The notes: generated by a model not told the origin, from the sequence alone. A DNA stretch of 64,000 nucleotides from Corallochytrium limacisporum Hawaii (GCA_002811645.1 PDIP01000003.1:434001-498000), one strand, 5' to 3'. Counted from the first letter of the stretch, positions 1 to 13,200 are shown. Translations and numbers: made by a program.

Positions 1-792
1 GCTACCGGAATCGACGGGGTACCTCTTTTAGCCGCTGCCATGACGGGCTTTATTTTGCTGGGTATGATTATTGTGTGGATCATTGCATATTGTATAAGGC
101 GGTTCCGCAGGCTGTACACACCAGAGACCATGCCCCCTACCTCAAACCAGGGGAAGCCCCTTCGGAAAGATCAAGTGGAGTCACTGCAAACATACACGTT
201 TATGGAGATTCGGAAGGCAATGGCCGGTCATGATCCCGAGGCCAATCTCAATGTTCAGGTTGAAAACTTGTCCAATGTGAAAATGTTAGATGGAGATGAC
301 ATCCCAACTATTGATGGAAACATTATAATTTTGTCATCCGTCAGCGCCGATGATCCTGAGGAGGATGAGATCCGGCATGAACACGGTTGTACTATATGTC
401 TCGATATATTTGAAGACAAGCAGGAAATTCGTCGCCTGTACTGTGGCCACGTTTTCCACACGGGGTGCATAGATTCCTGGCTGTTGGAAAAGAAGAAGTA
501 TTGCCCCCTGTGTAAGTGTCATGCAATGGGTCCAACTGTTGAGGACGAAGAGACTCGAGCTCAAGAAGAAGCTGAGATCAGTTGGGCGATTGCGCAAGTA
601 GAGGCCTTCCAACGGTCGAATCACCATCGTCGCAACCGTCGTGGGATTCGCTTCAACCTTCAACGAGGAAGAGAAAACGATGAACTACGCGCCACAAGCA
701 CTACAGTGCAGTCAGATGTCAGCAATGTCACTGGTATCAGTGACGATGTGGAGATGACTCCCATCCCACAGGGCAATGATCTAGTGGTGTGA
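1..792 (+). CDS. Transmembrane RING-H2 E3 ubiquitin ligase (RNF13/RNF167/goliath-like), 5'-partial
   Basis: Frame is open from base 1. A TM helix (GFILLGMIIVWIIAYC) precedes a RING-H2 domain CTIC..CGHVFH..CIDSW..CPLCK. Confidence 0.85.
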   Translation, partial: ATGIDGVPLLAAAMTGFILLGMIIVWIIAYCIRRFRRLYTPETMPPTSNQGKPLRKDQVESLQTYTFMEIRKAMAGHDPEANLNVQVENLSNVKMLDGDDIPTIDGNIIILSSVSADDPEEDEIRHEHGCTICLDIFEDKQEIRRLYCGHVFHTGCIDSWLLEKKKYCPLCKCHAMGPTVEDEETRAQEEAEISWAIAQVEAFQRSNHHRRNRRGIRFNLQRGRENDELRATSTTVQSDVSNVTGISDDVEMTPIPQGNDLVV

Positions 793-1031
793 AGCCATCC
801 TGCCATCAAAATCTCGTACATCTGTAACATCACATTTGGTTATATTGCCTACTCTTATACATGTTTAACCTACATACATCCATAATACACATAGTTATTT
901 TCTGATCATAATCGATACAAGATGGCTCTTGACCACTTCATCTCTCCTGACTACCTCCATTTTATTGATTTGTCATTGTCACTGCTATTACATATACGGC
1001 TATATCTAAAATGACTATCCCATTCTTCACG

Positions 1032-1095
1032 ATCTTGATTCATCTATTGCACGGCTCTAAGCCCATCTTAATTCATCTATCGCACCGCTCTGAGC
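1032..1095. repeat. Two-copy 33-bp-period direct repeat
   Basis: atcttgattcatctattgcacggctctaagc (1032-1062) vs atcttaattcatctatcgcaccgctctgagc (1065-1095), 27/31 identical. Confidence 0.7.
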
Positions 1096-3539
1096 TGGAT
1101 TTGCTCACAGAGTATGAGATTCCCTCAATATGTCGCAGTTGAGCTGTAAGAGTCGGCCTTCACTCGCAGACATGTCAAGAGTCCGGAAGATGATGACAAC
1201 TTCTTCTTGTGAAGCCTTCCCTCCATAATTTAAGCATAAAACGAAGCCACTCTACAACTTCTTTCCCATTTGCGGAACACCATCCATGAAAAAGAGAATT
1301 GAAACAAGCGGAAATTCTATGGTCTAGTTGATTGTTCGTGGGGAACTGATCCTTCTTCCGTTAAGTTCGGCAGTGCATATGGTGAAAGTTCAACTCTTGT
1401 TCCCCCCATCGACTGTAAGTAGGTTTCGTGAGCTATATTTGCAAACTGGCACCGATGCTTTCGCACCGGTAACATCTAAATGGTGTTCCTGACACTGCAA
1501 AAAGGAGCAGAATTACAGCGGGTGTCTAAGACGACAAAGTGACGTATCGTGCGCAAAGGCGCACAAAACCTTCTTTTTTGGGCAACCAATCAAGCTGTCC
1601 TTTTCTCAGTGGATAGGCATATCATTCAGAGAGGGTGCGAGAGATGGTAACATCCGACATCGCCAATTTGGTTCCCTGTGAGTTTCCATAGTGAACAGTG
1701 AACTACAGTGCGAATTGTTGAAATCTATAAGTGCATGCGGCAACTCCCCCCTGGGGGGCGTACGCCGCCGTAGCATATCGAGGATGCAAATACACTCGTT
1801 CAAACTTTTACAAAGCACGGGGTGAATTTTATTCACATGCTGTTTTCTCTACAGGACACATATATGCCGCACCATTTCGCAATACTTATTTAACTGTCAT
1901 AGGACGCATGCTGGCGGCGGCAACGGCACCGGTAATAAACGGGTGCTGTGCGTGTCGCCTGGCCCGGTTTTGGTGGAATTCGCGATTGGAACTACACGCA
2001 TCCCAGATCATGAGAAACTGGCGCGTGAGTACTCATGTACTTTCCGTATACCGAGTTGGTGAAAGATAAAAATTCTATGCCGCACCTGGCGGCATCGTCT
2101 CATCCATCGACAATGTCTCCGGTCTGCCAAATTTAATACCCACGCACACAGTCTGATTAGACAATGAGGATCAGTCCACAGGGAGTGAAGCCAGTATTTG
2201 CACATATCATCATCATACATACGTTCCAATCCCCCGAAAGTTCGTAGTAAACCAGTCAGAAGACCGCAGTGATGGAAGTGACGACGACGATTGCTACATG
2301 CTTTAAAGGCAAGGCATAGTACGGTGCGAGTCAAAGTCGTATACGGGTAGTGAAGAGCATAGCTATCCATCTATTGTGGATGGAGGAGGACTCTAATGAG
2401 CCGCGTCCTGTCATCCTCCCTCGAGTCCAAATCTGTGTCAGCTCGTTGTGGAGTGTATTCGTACAGCCTGCATGGAATGAGACGAGACACAAGTGAGCGG
2501 ATATACGACAATGTGTCGCTCAACACTTGACTTCGCTGTCCTTTGTATGCTACAACCAGTGTGGACATAAAGTAGGGGCAGTTTTGCTCTTGTGGAAGCG
2601 CAACCCAGCACATGTATGCCCAGTTACGCCTCAGAAGAATGGATTTTTCTTGGACAGAAGGGGTTCTTGGGTGTCCTCTGCACCTTGTCGGGGTTCGATT
2701 CAGTGGAAAACTAGCCAAAGATCTTGTGGTAGTTTCTCCCACTGGAGGGTTGCAAGTTTCCCCTCTTCCAGTTTCGGATAGGTTGGTAGCAGTCGCCCAC
2801 TCTGGACCAAGCCAAGACGCGGCTCGGGATCAAGTCCAAACCTTCCGCCTGTGAACTGAATAGCTGTCGCTTCAAATTTTGATACCCCTGTGGGTTTGGG
2901 CAATCCAACGGCTGGAATTTCCCAGCACCTAGTTCTTTGCCGCATAGTTTATCCAACCATCAGCACTCACAAGTTGGTATACATACCCCGAACATTGGGT
3001 AGGTGGACCCGGAAGTAAGACATTTAGGAGAGTCTAAACAGATCAGAAACCTTGCACAATATTCTGAATGCTGCCGGTTTGCACTTTCGCTTCGGGAAAA
3101 TTTCGTTAGTATTCAGACTTGTGGGTGGGTCAACTGAAAGGCTGGGCTTTAGGAATGGAGGCACCGGAGTGCACTATTTCATCACCATTGCCTTGATTTC
3201 TTGATCACGTCGGCTCATTCTGCTGCAGCCAGCCATAGTCTAACTATTACAGAGAGTTCGCTAAAAAGTTTCTTTCTGATACAGACAATTGGCACTCCTC
3301 TTCCTACGGGTAGGCCGGCACAGTCCCGCATACATAATTATAGGTTCTACTAACATGAAAGGTACTGCTTTCAAACTTCCCTTCATCGAAGAGAAGTGAT
3401 CGGGCACTGCCCGCGTTTGCCTTGAATTTCTCTGATTGCTAGAGATGTTTGATTTGGCAGTCATACTTGCTCCTGCAGTATCTCTGACAAGAGTTTGTCG
3501 CATCAGCGCCTGATCGCGGACATCCCACTCCCTCCAGCG

Positions 3540-3558
3540 CCCCCCCCCGGGGGGGGGG
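3540..3558. repeat. C9-G10 self-complementary homopolymer pair
   Basis: Read directly from the sequence; similar C/G tracts recur in other upstream regions. Confidence 0.8.
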
Positions 3559-5169
3559 CACGAGAGTCTCGTCTGTGCATTCTACAGTCCACCTTGTCCA
3601 TTCCCTAGGCCGCAAGACCCCCTGAAACCCGCACCATATGTATACTGTTGCGGGTCGTTTCGATCCGGGGTTGGTTTGGGACACATAGCTGGTGCCGCTG
3701 AAGACGACAGATCAAGCTGTGGGGTTCAAGCAACGATGGGCCGTGTGATGGACACGAACCCTAAGCGAACACAATCAGAGCTGGCTAATCTGCAAGTAGT
3801 GCAAAGCAGGAGGTGAAGCTCGGTATCTTCAGCATGCTCAATTATGAATTTGTGACGTGTCCTTCTGAAAAGTGCCACTTCCTCGTCTTAGAGAGGGCCC
3901 GGGGAGCGTTCGGGGCTGTGAAGAGCCCCCTGCGCAAATCTGTTTCTCTCGTGGTGTTTCTGCGGAATTCCCTTGATGGGCAATAGCAAAACTTTTGGAC
4001 AGCATGCCGTCCACCGGAACATATTCTTTACGGACGTGCCAAAAGGCCCGCGGCCACGATCTCACCCGATCACAGCTTGCACAGACATACACTCATCTGC
4101 GCCTTTCCAGACTCCGCATGTCTCCGGCCACGGTCTCCGTTCTTGCACGCCGTAGCGGTGTTCCAACAGTGCGTCTTCGTACACAGTAATCGCATTGTCC
4201 TACCTGCACCATGGATGCTCTTGTACCTTCCCCTCTTGTCCCTAAAAAGTGGTGCTAGTAATGAATGGCCCTGAGTGAAGAATAACAGAGGGGGTTTACT
4301 ACCCCAGAATGTAGCCTGTTTACTACAGCAGTGGTCGCATCTTTGGAATCGTCTTGGTGTCGTACTTGAAGAGCTTGTGCCTAGTCCCTGTGGCACGCCC
4401 AGGTGCACTGCTTTCATATGGGGCGGGTCGGAAGATTGGGGTCCGAAAAGAGAAAATTTTTGCGACGTGTGTGTCCGTCCCGCTTTTTTGCGCGCGTACG
4501 AGCACAAGGATTCACTGAGTCGACACCGACGACCCCACAGTGAACACTGAATTGGGATAGGTCCTGTTCGTGGTAGCCTTGATTTCTTATTTTCAATGTA
4601 CCGCCATTTTTGTCATATTCGTACATATCTGACATGTCCGGTCGATCATGCATTGTCGGCGGGTTGGTGGGGGTGTGACGTGCGTGGCATTTTCTTTCGG
4701 TGCCCGCCTGGAACAATGCTGTTAGAAACCGGTGGATAGGTAGCGGAGGGAAGGGGGGAAGGCAGGACTGTGAATACGTGCAAATCTTGGATGTGTCCAC
4801 CTCGTCCATCCATGCTTATCAAAAATAACAAAAATGGAAATGGCTGTTTGTTATTTGCTCCAAAGACAATTCTTGTTATCGAGGATGCATTTGAAGCATT
4901 GGCTCATCTGATCTGTGGGTTTGAAAGGTACGCGAAGGAGTTGGCCTGATCTCTATGATAGACATTTGCCCTCTACACATAGTCATGTGACAATTCATTC
5001 ACAACCAGGGAAGCAGATACAGGGATCAACTTTCAGGCATTGACATTTTATAAAGAATTTAATAGTCATGTACAACGCATAGATAGAGTATCTATTCGAA
5101 AACGCGGCCGCGCGGAATACATTGCCACGCCAGACAGTCCGGTAACTCCAGTGTACCCAGACAAGAACG

Positions 5170-6573
5170 ATGTCCTGGACACGGTTCCTCCTCACAATCA
5201 TATTGGTCCTCGGCCTTGGCTTTGGTGTGGGTGCCAAGGATGCCTTTGTGACGATCCACTACGAAGGAACACCCAATGATGAAGACTATGTTCTTGCTAT
5301 CCGGGTTATGTTTTCAAGCATCCAGAAGGTTGGTACAGAGGCCGATCTGGTTGTGATGACTGCTCCATCAGTCTCACAGGAGACTATTACTCTCTTTCAA
5401 TCTGAGGGTATTAAGATCGTGCCTGTAGATAACATCGAGAATCCTTACAAGGAGATGGACGCCAACGCAGACAAATATCAGAAGCACTTCGAGTTCACGC
5501 TGAACAAACTTAAGGCCTGGACTCTCACAGAATACGATCGGATTGTGCAGCTGGATGCGGATAACGTCGTGGCCCACAACATAGATGAGCTCTTTTTGTG
5601 CGGTCACTTCTGTGCTTTATTCATGCATCCCTACCTCTTTCACACGGGACTTTTCGTCCTGAAGCCTGACATGGCGGTGTACGAGGATATGGTCGCTAAA
5701 CTGCCTTCCATGTACAGTCATGACGGTGCCGACCAGGGATTCCTAAATTCTTATTTCTCTGACATGGAGGATGCTCCTAGCTTTAATCCTGATCATGGCA
5801 AGAGCGAGGCACCTGTTCAGCGCCTGCCCATGGCGTACAATATGAACGCTTGGTACTTCTATGAAAGCCTCGGTTGGGAACACTATGCAATCGGTCGCTG
5901 GCGCGAAACGCCATACCTTGTGCTGGGTTTCCCTAGCCCAAAGCCGCTGAAGCCTTGGAACTGGTGGCCCTATCTCATGTTGCAAGAGCATTTCGTCTGG
6001 GCTGCTGCGCGTATGGACATTGTAGAGACAACGAACAATGAGCTGATTATGGTCGTTGTCGTAGTTGGACTAGTGCATGTCGGTCTGTTGCACCTACAGC
6101 GGGGCTGCTGGTCGCAGAATCCTGCCTCCAACCCACGGAAGAATTTAGCGTGCAGGGGCCTCCATTCCAGATGGTTTGCAATTTTGGGACCCTACTGGGG
6201 CGGGTTTTTAGCCGCTCTGTTGACTGCCTTCCTCAGTACGTTCATGGCGGCCTCCATGGTGCCGCGACTGACGGTCGTCTACTATGCGATTCCCGCGTTC
6301 GCGGGCATCTGGGGGGTTTGCAGCTACTGGTTGCTGCAAGGTTATGCTTATGCCGTTGACAATCCTTATTTGAGCACCACATTTGCACTCCGTGGACCTC
6401 TTTTCAGCCAGGCTATGGTTCTTGTGGCTTGCATGGTGCCCATTTACACCTCTCCTGCAACCAAAGTTTTCACGGTGCTGCTTGCTGTAGTAACGTGGAT
6501 CATATCTTTTGCGTTCTACTTCATTAGCAGCACAGAACGTCCCAAGTATTACGAGCTTCCAGGTCCATTGTAA
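5170..6573 (+). CDS. GT8 glycosyltransferase, plant PGSIP7/PGSIP8-like, with signal peptide and C-terminal multi-TM region
   Basis: Motifs LNKLKAW, YDRIVQLDAD (DxD), DELFLCGHFCA, FHTGLFVLKP, DGADQGFLNSYF, LKPWNWW, followed by ~5 hydrophobic helices. Confidence 0.85.
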   Translation: MSWTRFLLTIILVLGLGFGVGAKDAFVTIHYEGTPNDEDYVLAIRVMFSSIQKVGTEADLVVMTAPSVSQETITLFQSEGIKIVPVDNIENPYKEMDANADKYQKHFEFTLNKLKAWTLTEYDRIVQLDADNVVAHNIDELFLCGHFCALFMHPYLFHTGLFVLKPDMAVYEDMVAKLPSMYSHDGADQGFLNSYFSDMEDAPSFNPDHGKSEAPVQRLPMAYNMNAWYFYESLGWEHYAIGRWRETPYLVLGFPSPKPLKPWNWWPYLMLQEHFVWAAARMDIVETTNNELIMVVVVVGLVHVGLLHLQRGCWSQNPASNPRKNLACRGLHSRWFAILGPYWGGFLAALLTAFLSTFMAASMVPRLTVVYYAIPAFAGIWGVCSYWLLQGYAYAVDNPYLSTTFALRGPLFSQAMVLVACMVPIYTSPATKVFTVLLAVVTWIISFAFYFISSTERPKYYELPGPL

Positions 6574-8659
6574 GCAAAGTAATACATACAGCGAATCTCA
6601 TAGGTAGTCCATATAGGTATAGTAAACACATTCATCAAGTTAAGTTCCTAGAATGCGATCATTCCACGTAGTTGTCCAAGTTTGCAAGATCCACAGGTGC
6701 GGGCCGGAGAAATTGATCAATGTAAATGATATACGGACTATCATAATGTTGTTGAAATGGCGTCCTCTCGGAAGCCCGTATTATTGATTTGATGCCCGGG
6801 GGCTTCGCATAAGCCGGCGGACAACACCGGCCAACAACATCCCGCTCAGCCTCCAGGGTGATCTAGTATTCAATGAACAAGGGCCTCTATCTGCTGCAAA
6901 GCACGATCACTCATGCCAAGTCCAACCGTTTAAGCATGTCATCAATGGACGAGACCCCAGGAGTGTATCGACACCTAGTGCTGGCGGACGACCCACACGC
7001 AACCAGGGCAGCACATTGGCCCCTGACCTCTCCGGTGTATGAGTTTTTGTGCTCTTAGCGCCTGGTTTACTGCTAGGTGGGCGCTGGGTCACGCCTCACT
7101 CAACGGCGTCGGTGGCTGTAGTAACCCAATGTCCCGCCCGGTCACCCAAGTCTCCGGGAAGAGCCCTTTACCTTACCTGCTGCAGGGAGAAGCGGAACAG
7201 CAACCATGAAAAGGACGACTGTCCGAAGACTGGAAGCAAGAGGAAACCTGCAGAATGTCTCGTGGTGGTGCGGATGCTGATGGCGGGGCTCGGGAGTATG
7301 GATGGATAGGTGGGGTCGACGGAGTTTAGAACCGGACAGATAAAGGAGGAGGACCGAGGAACCTCGGGGCCCCGAGCAGAGAAAAAAAATAAAGGTTCTG
7401 CCCGCGAGCCCGGAGGGAGGAGAGCCAGGCGTCCCGTGCGTGAAGAGAGTGTGCTGCATGCTCTCTCTTTTTCTCTATTTTTTTGCTCACTTACCTGCTG
7501 CACCCCTCCCCCCCCGGGGAGGGTTTGGGTTGCGCGTGCCGGCTACTTAGATACCGCGGGCCTAGTCAGTTGAATTTTGGAGAAAATCATCGCCGGAGGC
7601 TACTGAGAGAGTGTAGGGGCCAAGCGCCTTTAGGCGACTGCAGCCCCTGCGGACTGTTGGTTATCGGTGTATTAGCGAGGTAGAAATTCTTCGAGCGTTG
7701 TTGGTAGCCATTTTTTCGCTCCTCGTGGTGTTCTCTAGTGAGATGGTGTAGCGATAGTCACCCGAATACCCGAAGACTTGAGTCAGTGGGGCACTTCGCA
7801 ACCCGATCGAGTCCAACAGGGGGGCCATTCGTGCTTGGTCTGATGTTCTCTACGTGTCTTCGAGAAAGTCAGGCCATTGACGCCTCGTCCGTTTGGTGGC
7901 CGTTACAACCCCCCCCCCCCCCGGGGTCCCCATTCAGACCCCTCCTCCTGCCCGCTCCAGAAAGGTTCCAGCAGGTCATTCTTTCCGAAATCACCAGCCC
8001 CATTCCGAGGACTGGCAATAAGCGCCGGCGCGACGACTCACAAGGGCTGGGGGTTCAGCGGTGTACGATGAACAGCGATCCGTTTCAGTCACTCATTTGC
8101 TACTAAAACATGGGCCATTGATTTCTGCCTCATGAATTTTTTACGTGTCCTTAATATTTTTTTCTGGCCTGCACAAGGATTCCCTGCAAGGAAACCGCAC
8201 CCTCCACTGAAAATTTCGGGTCGCTTTCCCTATCCACCACCGCCGGTCACAGTGCCTCAGCGACTCGCTAGCGTCTGACTGGCTTTCTAATCGCTATTTT
8301 GCGCAATACGCTCACTATTAATGGCGGGTGTCTGGCCGACTGGAGACGGCCCAGACGGGGAGGGGAAGGGACGCGATTGCTGCCAAAGGGGGACACACAA
8401 TCAAAGACTTATGCGTATGTTCCGTACGCACAGGCACCTGCTGGCCTAGAGTGAACGGTTCCATTGTGATGCTAAGAGGTCTACTTCGTAATACTCATTT
8501 TGATATTACGTATCATCCGTCTGCAGTATCCATGCTTAGGACGATGTGCATGGGGTGGAAAACGGGAATTGCGCTAGGTACTTTATCCACAACGCGCAGG
8601 TTTGGTTGCGGCCTGGATCTGCTGTACTTGTAGCCTGATGATCCGACGGGACTTCCAAT

Positions 8660-9814
8660 ATGTCAGAGCAAAGAGAGAACTCATTCGGGTCACCACATCA
8701 GGACCTAGAGGCCTGTGTGCAGGATCTGCACGAAGCCGTGCAGGAGCTGTATGAGGCAGCGCCTGAGGAGACATTTGTATATGGGGAGGTTTCAAATAGT
8801 GACGCACCCGGAAACACAATTGAGCAACAGCTTCGAGAAATGGTTGACCGTATGATTAAGGGACCGAAGGGGACAGAAGATGATAGTAGCACTCCTCCTC
8901 AGTACGTTTCAAGAGGAAAAGTAGATTTCGTCGACATAGATGACTGTGAACCAGCGAAGCTGCCGCCAGCATACGGCAAAGTCATTCCCAGAGTGCAGCG
9001 GGTCCCACCCGCGTACAGAAACGGAGATGGGTTGACCACATTTCGCTCACTTCGTATCAGTTACCAAGATGTAGATGAGTTCACCATGATCATCATCTTT
9101 TTATTGTCCGGGTTATCATGTGCCCTATCATTGATCACCGGTGTATGGCCGGTTGTAGCAATCGTCATCGGAAGCTGGAAAATGGCAAGCACTTGTCAGA
9201 CAGAGCCACTTGCGCCTTGGCTGTTCACATACGGATTCATTTCATTGGCTGCAATCTTGGCATGGCATACAAGGAAAATGATGCTCTTTACCTCTCTGTC
9301 GACCACCAGGTTACATCGTAGAGTATCGTACGCCGGCGATCATCCAAAGGCATATAGATGTATCCAAAGGCTGTGCTGGTTCCTACTACTTGCGTGGGCC
9401 ATCGGGTTAATTCTAGGCCACATTTGGGTATATGAGGCAAGGGCACATCAATGTGACGCCCTGCTGGTGGACATGGCATTCTGGAGCCTCGTTATCGTGT
9501 ACATTTACCTCTTCTGCACTGCATTGGTCTTGATTTCGATCGAACTCATTTGTAGACCATTCATCACGTACTCAGGCGGTGTGAATCAATGGAGATTCCA
9601 GGCCGGGGGGCAGCAGATTTTGTCTTTCAATCCTCTCGTTCAGACCTTGATCTTACTTCTCATTTGTCATCGCGGGATTCCAGTGGTGTATCGGCAATCC
9701 AGCGCACGGTCTGCTGGATCCGATGCGTCCAATTCTTCCGACCAGAGTCCAACTCCGATGCCGAGGCTCAGCAACCCGCAGGTGGCGTATGGTCTGCGTC
9801 ATAGCATATCCTAA
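8660..9814 (+). CDS. Multi-pass membrane protein, TMEM272-like four-TM domain
   Basis: 384-aa ORF. Pattern C.TEPLAPWL..YG / W.I.GHIWVY / C...L..MAFW matches this four-helix family (from memory). Confidence 0.6.
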   Translation: MSEQRENSFGSPHQDLEACVQDLHEAVQELYEAAPEETFVYGEVSNSDAPGNTIEQQLREMVDRMIKGPKGTEDDSSTPPQYVSRGKVDFVDIDDCEPAKLPPAYGKVIPRVQRVPPAYRNGDGLTTFRSLRISYQDVDEFTMIIIFLLSGLSCALSLITGVWPVVAIVIGSWKMASTCQTEPLAPWLFTYGFISLAAILAWHTRKMMLFTSLSTTRLHRRVSYAGDHPKAYRCIQRLCWFLLLAWAIGLILGHIWVYEARAHQCDALLVDMAFWSLVIVYIYLFCTALVLISIELICRPFITYSGGVNQWRFQAGGQQILSFNPLVQTLILLLICHRGIPVVYRQSSARSAGSDASNSSDQSPTPMPRLSNPQVAYGLRHSIS

Positions 9815-10218
9815 CACGCGCTGGACTCAGCGTCTAAGACCGTGCTACATTGTATCATTCATGCATGTGTCCATTCATTCACATCTTAAAATAAGTCCAT
9901 ACCATCCATCAGTACACATTACCACATCATCCGTCCAATTATTGATTCATATCCCCCCCTTTTCTTTTGTTTCCGCTGCTGTTTTGCCTAGTCACCGAAA
10001 GCTCCCCCCCGCCCAAAAGTTGGGCAGACAGTGTTGTCGGCACGACTGGCTGACGATACCTTTCCTTCTGAGGTGGTCGTCGCCGGGTATGAAAACATTG
10101 AGAAGCTCTGTACTCCAGATGCTTCCAAGACGACAAACAACTTTATATGTTAGAGCGATATCTGTGAGCGAGTAGGCAGAATGGGTGAAGAGTGTGCAAC
10201 GAGATACTGTTCGGAGTC

Positions 10219-13200
10219 ATGAGTCTCCTTCAGCAGTATGAGGAGGATACGGACTTTGTTCCAGTATCTCAATTCCTCGATCCAAACCAAACCATTGGCA
10301 AGAATGTCACGCGATTAGATGAAACAATTGAGGAGGAAGAAATCGAACCCATCTTTGTAAAGAAAAAGGTAGAATACCCACCTCCTGCCCATGTCATCGA
10401 CTTTGCAGTTAGCAACAACATTGCCTGCATGGCATTAGAAAATGGGAACATTGTGCGGATTGATCTTGACAATCCAGCAGAATTGGAAATAATCGATGTT
10501 GTCGCACAAAAAAAGCAGCGAAAAGCGGAAGATCAGTTCAGAAAGATTTTTCTCAATCCAAGTGGGGAGCACCTCATAATGAGCCATGTTGGCGGTAGTA
10601 TTACATACTTGAATCGGGGCAGTGAAACCGTACAAAAGATCCACAAAGCCACCAGTGGCCATGCCATCGATGTCACGACCGTGGCTTGGGCGAAGCAGAC
10701 GATTTCAGCATCCGCTTCAGTTGGAGGGAGCACGTCAGTTGTGGACCGCGCTCTACTAGGCAGTCGAGCCGGAGATGTCTACGAACTAGTTTTCCAGGGA
10801 GCACCCCAAGAGTTGAAGATTAGCCACTTCGGGATTGTTCTGTCGTTGCAACATTTTTCAGGAAGGGGCATTTCGCGGACTATCAACGATCCGCAAAGAC
10901 CTGGCCCGAGCGTGCCCCCAATAGTGACTGGACTACACTTTGACTTCCTGGACCCCGCCAATAGGGGATACTCCAGGTGCTTGCTTCTCATGACCACGAC
11001 ACAGAAGGTGTACTATATGATTGGATCCATCGGTGCACAGGGTTCAACAACGTCACTTTTTGACGATTACTTCAAGGCCCAAGCCAGCAAGGTGTGCTAC
11101 CTTGATTTTGGTGGAGATCTCGTTACGAGCTCCTTGACCATACACCTTGACGGCCCAACACAGTTAGCAGATAGCTTCGGTTGGCTGGCTTCATCGGGCA
11201 TTGTCATCGGTGAATTCGACATCCACGAACCTTTAGATATCATGACACTATCCGAGTCACTGAAGATGATCCCATACCCGGCCTTCGGTGGCAATGCAGG
11301 TGTGCCGGTTGCTATTGCGTTGACAGAATTTCATTGTTTGATGCAGTATCGGGACCGGGTGTTTGCCGTGAATCTCCTCAACTCTGACATTGTCTATGAG
11401 GACTTTTTCGATCGGACCTACGGCGGAATGATCAACCTCACTATAGATCACGAGTATGCCACATACTGGACCTTCTCGGCAAAGGCGATCTTTGAGATTG
11501 TGGTCACAGATGAAGCCAGAGATGTTTGGAAGATCTATTTGGCACGCAAGGACTACGAGAAGGCCTTGGTCTATGCGGGTGATTCTCCAGATACGCAAGA
11601 TAAGATCTATCGAGCACTGATGAAAAAGTGCTATGAAGAGAAAGATTTTGAAACAGCTGCATCTTATGCGCTCAAAACAAAATTGCGTTTCGGTTCGATT
11701 GCCTTGATGTTCTTAAGCCTTCCGGTCGCGCTGGGCCAGAGTGATGACCAGGAAGTGGCGGCCAAAAAGGCAAAAGCTCTGCGCAAGTTTTTGTTGGGTA
11801 GGATTCACAAACTCCAGCCTGATCGTCGAGCTCAACTGACAATGCTGTCTGCATGGTTGCTTGATCTGTTTCTGGCAGCCATGGATGCCATCGAATTGCG
11901 GGACCTCAGTGGGGGTGGTGACGCCTTCGAGAAATTGCAGACAGAATACCGCAAATTTATGCACGATGAACGCGTAAAGCAGAACCTGCACGACACCTCG
12001 CCAGAGCTCGTCTACGAGTTGATCGAGAGCCATGGCCGAAACAGCGAAATGATGCACTTTGCTGAGATCATTCATGACTATGAAAAATTGCTGTGGATGG
12101 CGATTATGGATCACAGCCCTTGGAAGGCTCTAGAGCTCCTAAAACAGTACGCTCCAAAGCAACCCTCTTTGGTGTACAAATTTTCCCCAAGCCTAATCGA
12201 ATCAATGGCGGAAGAACTTGTCACTCTTTGGCTGAGACTTCCGGAACTCAACTCTGTGTTACTCATCCGATCCATTGTCCAGTATGACAGCCTTCGGGCA
12301 TCATCTCTGAATCAAAACAATCCCATCCTCAGGTATCTGCAGGTATTGGTTGAGGAGCGCGCAGTGCAAAACCCAACCATCGTCAACTTCTACATTGAAC
12401 ATCTCGCAAAGCTGGATGACGAGTACCCAATGCTGAGATTTGTCATGGGAGCTGCAAAGAAAGGGATCAAGTTCGACCAAAGCTACGCATTGCGAATGGC
12501 GGGTGAGTACAACAAGCAGAAGGTGTGTATTGAATTGTATCGATTGATGGGAATGTACCGTATGGCAGTAACCCTGGCCGTTGACATTGATATTGCCACA
12601 GCCAAGGAAGTTATCAACTCCATCTTCGCTGGTGATGAGGATAAAGAGCTGATCAAGGGGCTTTGGTTGATTGTTGCACTGCATGTGGCACACAACAATG
12701 ATGGTGATCACAAGATGGCGCTTCAACTGCTTAAGGAGACCAAAGAAATTGGAATTGCAGACATTCTGCCTTTCTTCCCGGACTTTGTGACTCTCGCTGA
12801 TGTGAAAGATACAATTTGTGAGTCTTTGGAGGGCTATCGCCAGGATTTGGAGAGCATCAAGCAGGAGATCTCGGAAGCAACCCACACGGCAGAGTTGCTC
12901 CGCTCCGACATTCAGAAGCAGCGCAACAAATTTGTTGTGGTCGCCGCTGACAATCGATGCAATCTCTGCCACATATCCATTCTCGTACGGCCCTTTTATG
13001 TCTTCCCTTGCCAACATTTCTTCCACGCTGACTGCCTACGAGAGGAAGTCATGAAGCACATGACCACGATGCAGAAGTTCCGTTTGGCAGAGTTAGATCG
13101 CAAGCTGGTAGATGCCATTAATCTATCCCAAGAGCAACGTCTTGCGCGGCAACAGCAACAACAGATGATGGGTGGCTCGGACATGAGTCTAGCCGAAGGC

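Noticed and set aside
1100-1300. Possible EF-hand relic on the minus strand (FVLCL..EEVVIIFRTLD..EGRL)
   Set aside because: Too few conserved loop residues; not distinguishable from chance by eye.
7486-7620. U1 snRNA candidate (ACTTACCTG plus downstream AATTTTGG Sm-like site)
   Set aside because: It lacks the U1 loop I and loop II motifs and the spacing is wrong. It reads better as a minus-strand splice donor.
12301-13026. Long antisense ORFs (also 34126-34689, 63368-63973, 27376-27870)
   Set aside because: They are shadows of codon-biased genes on the opposite strand and have no motifs of their own.
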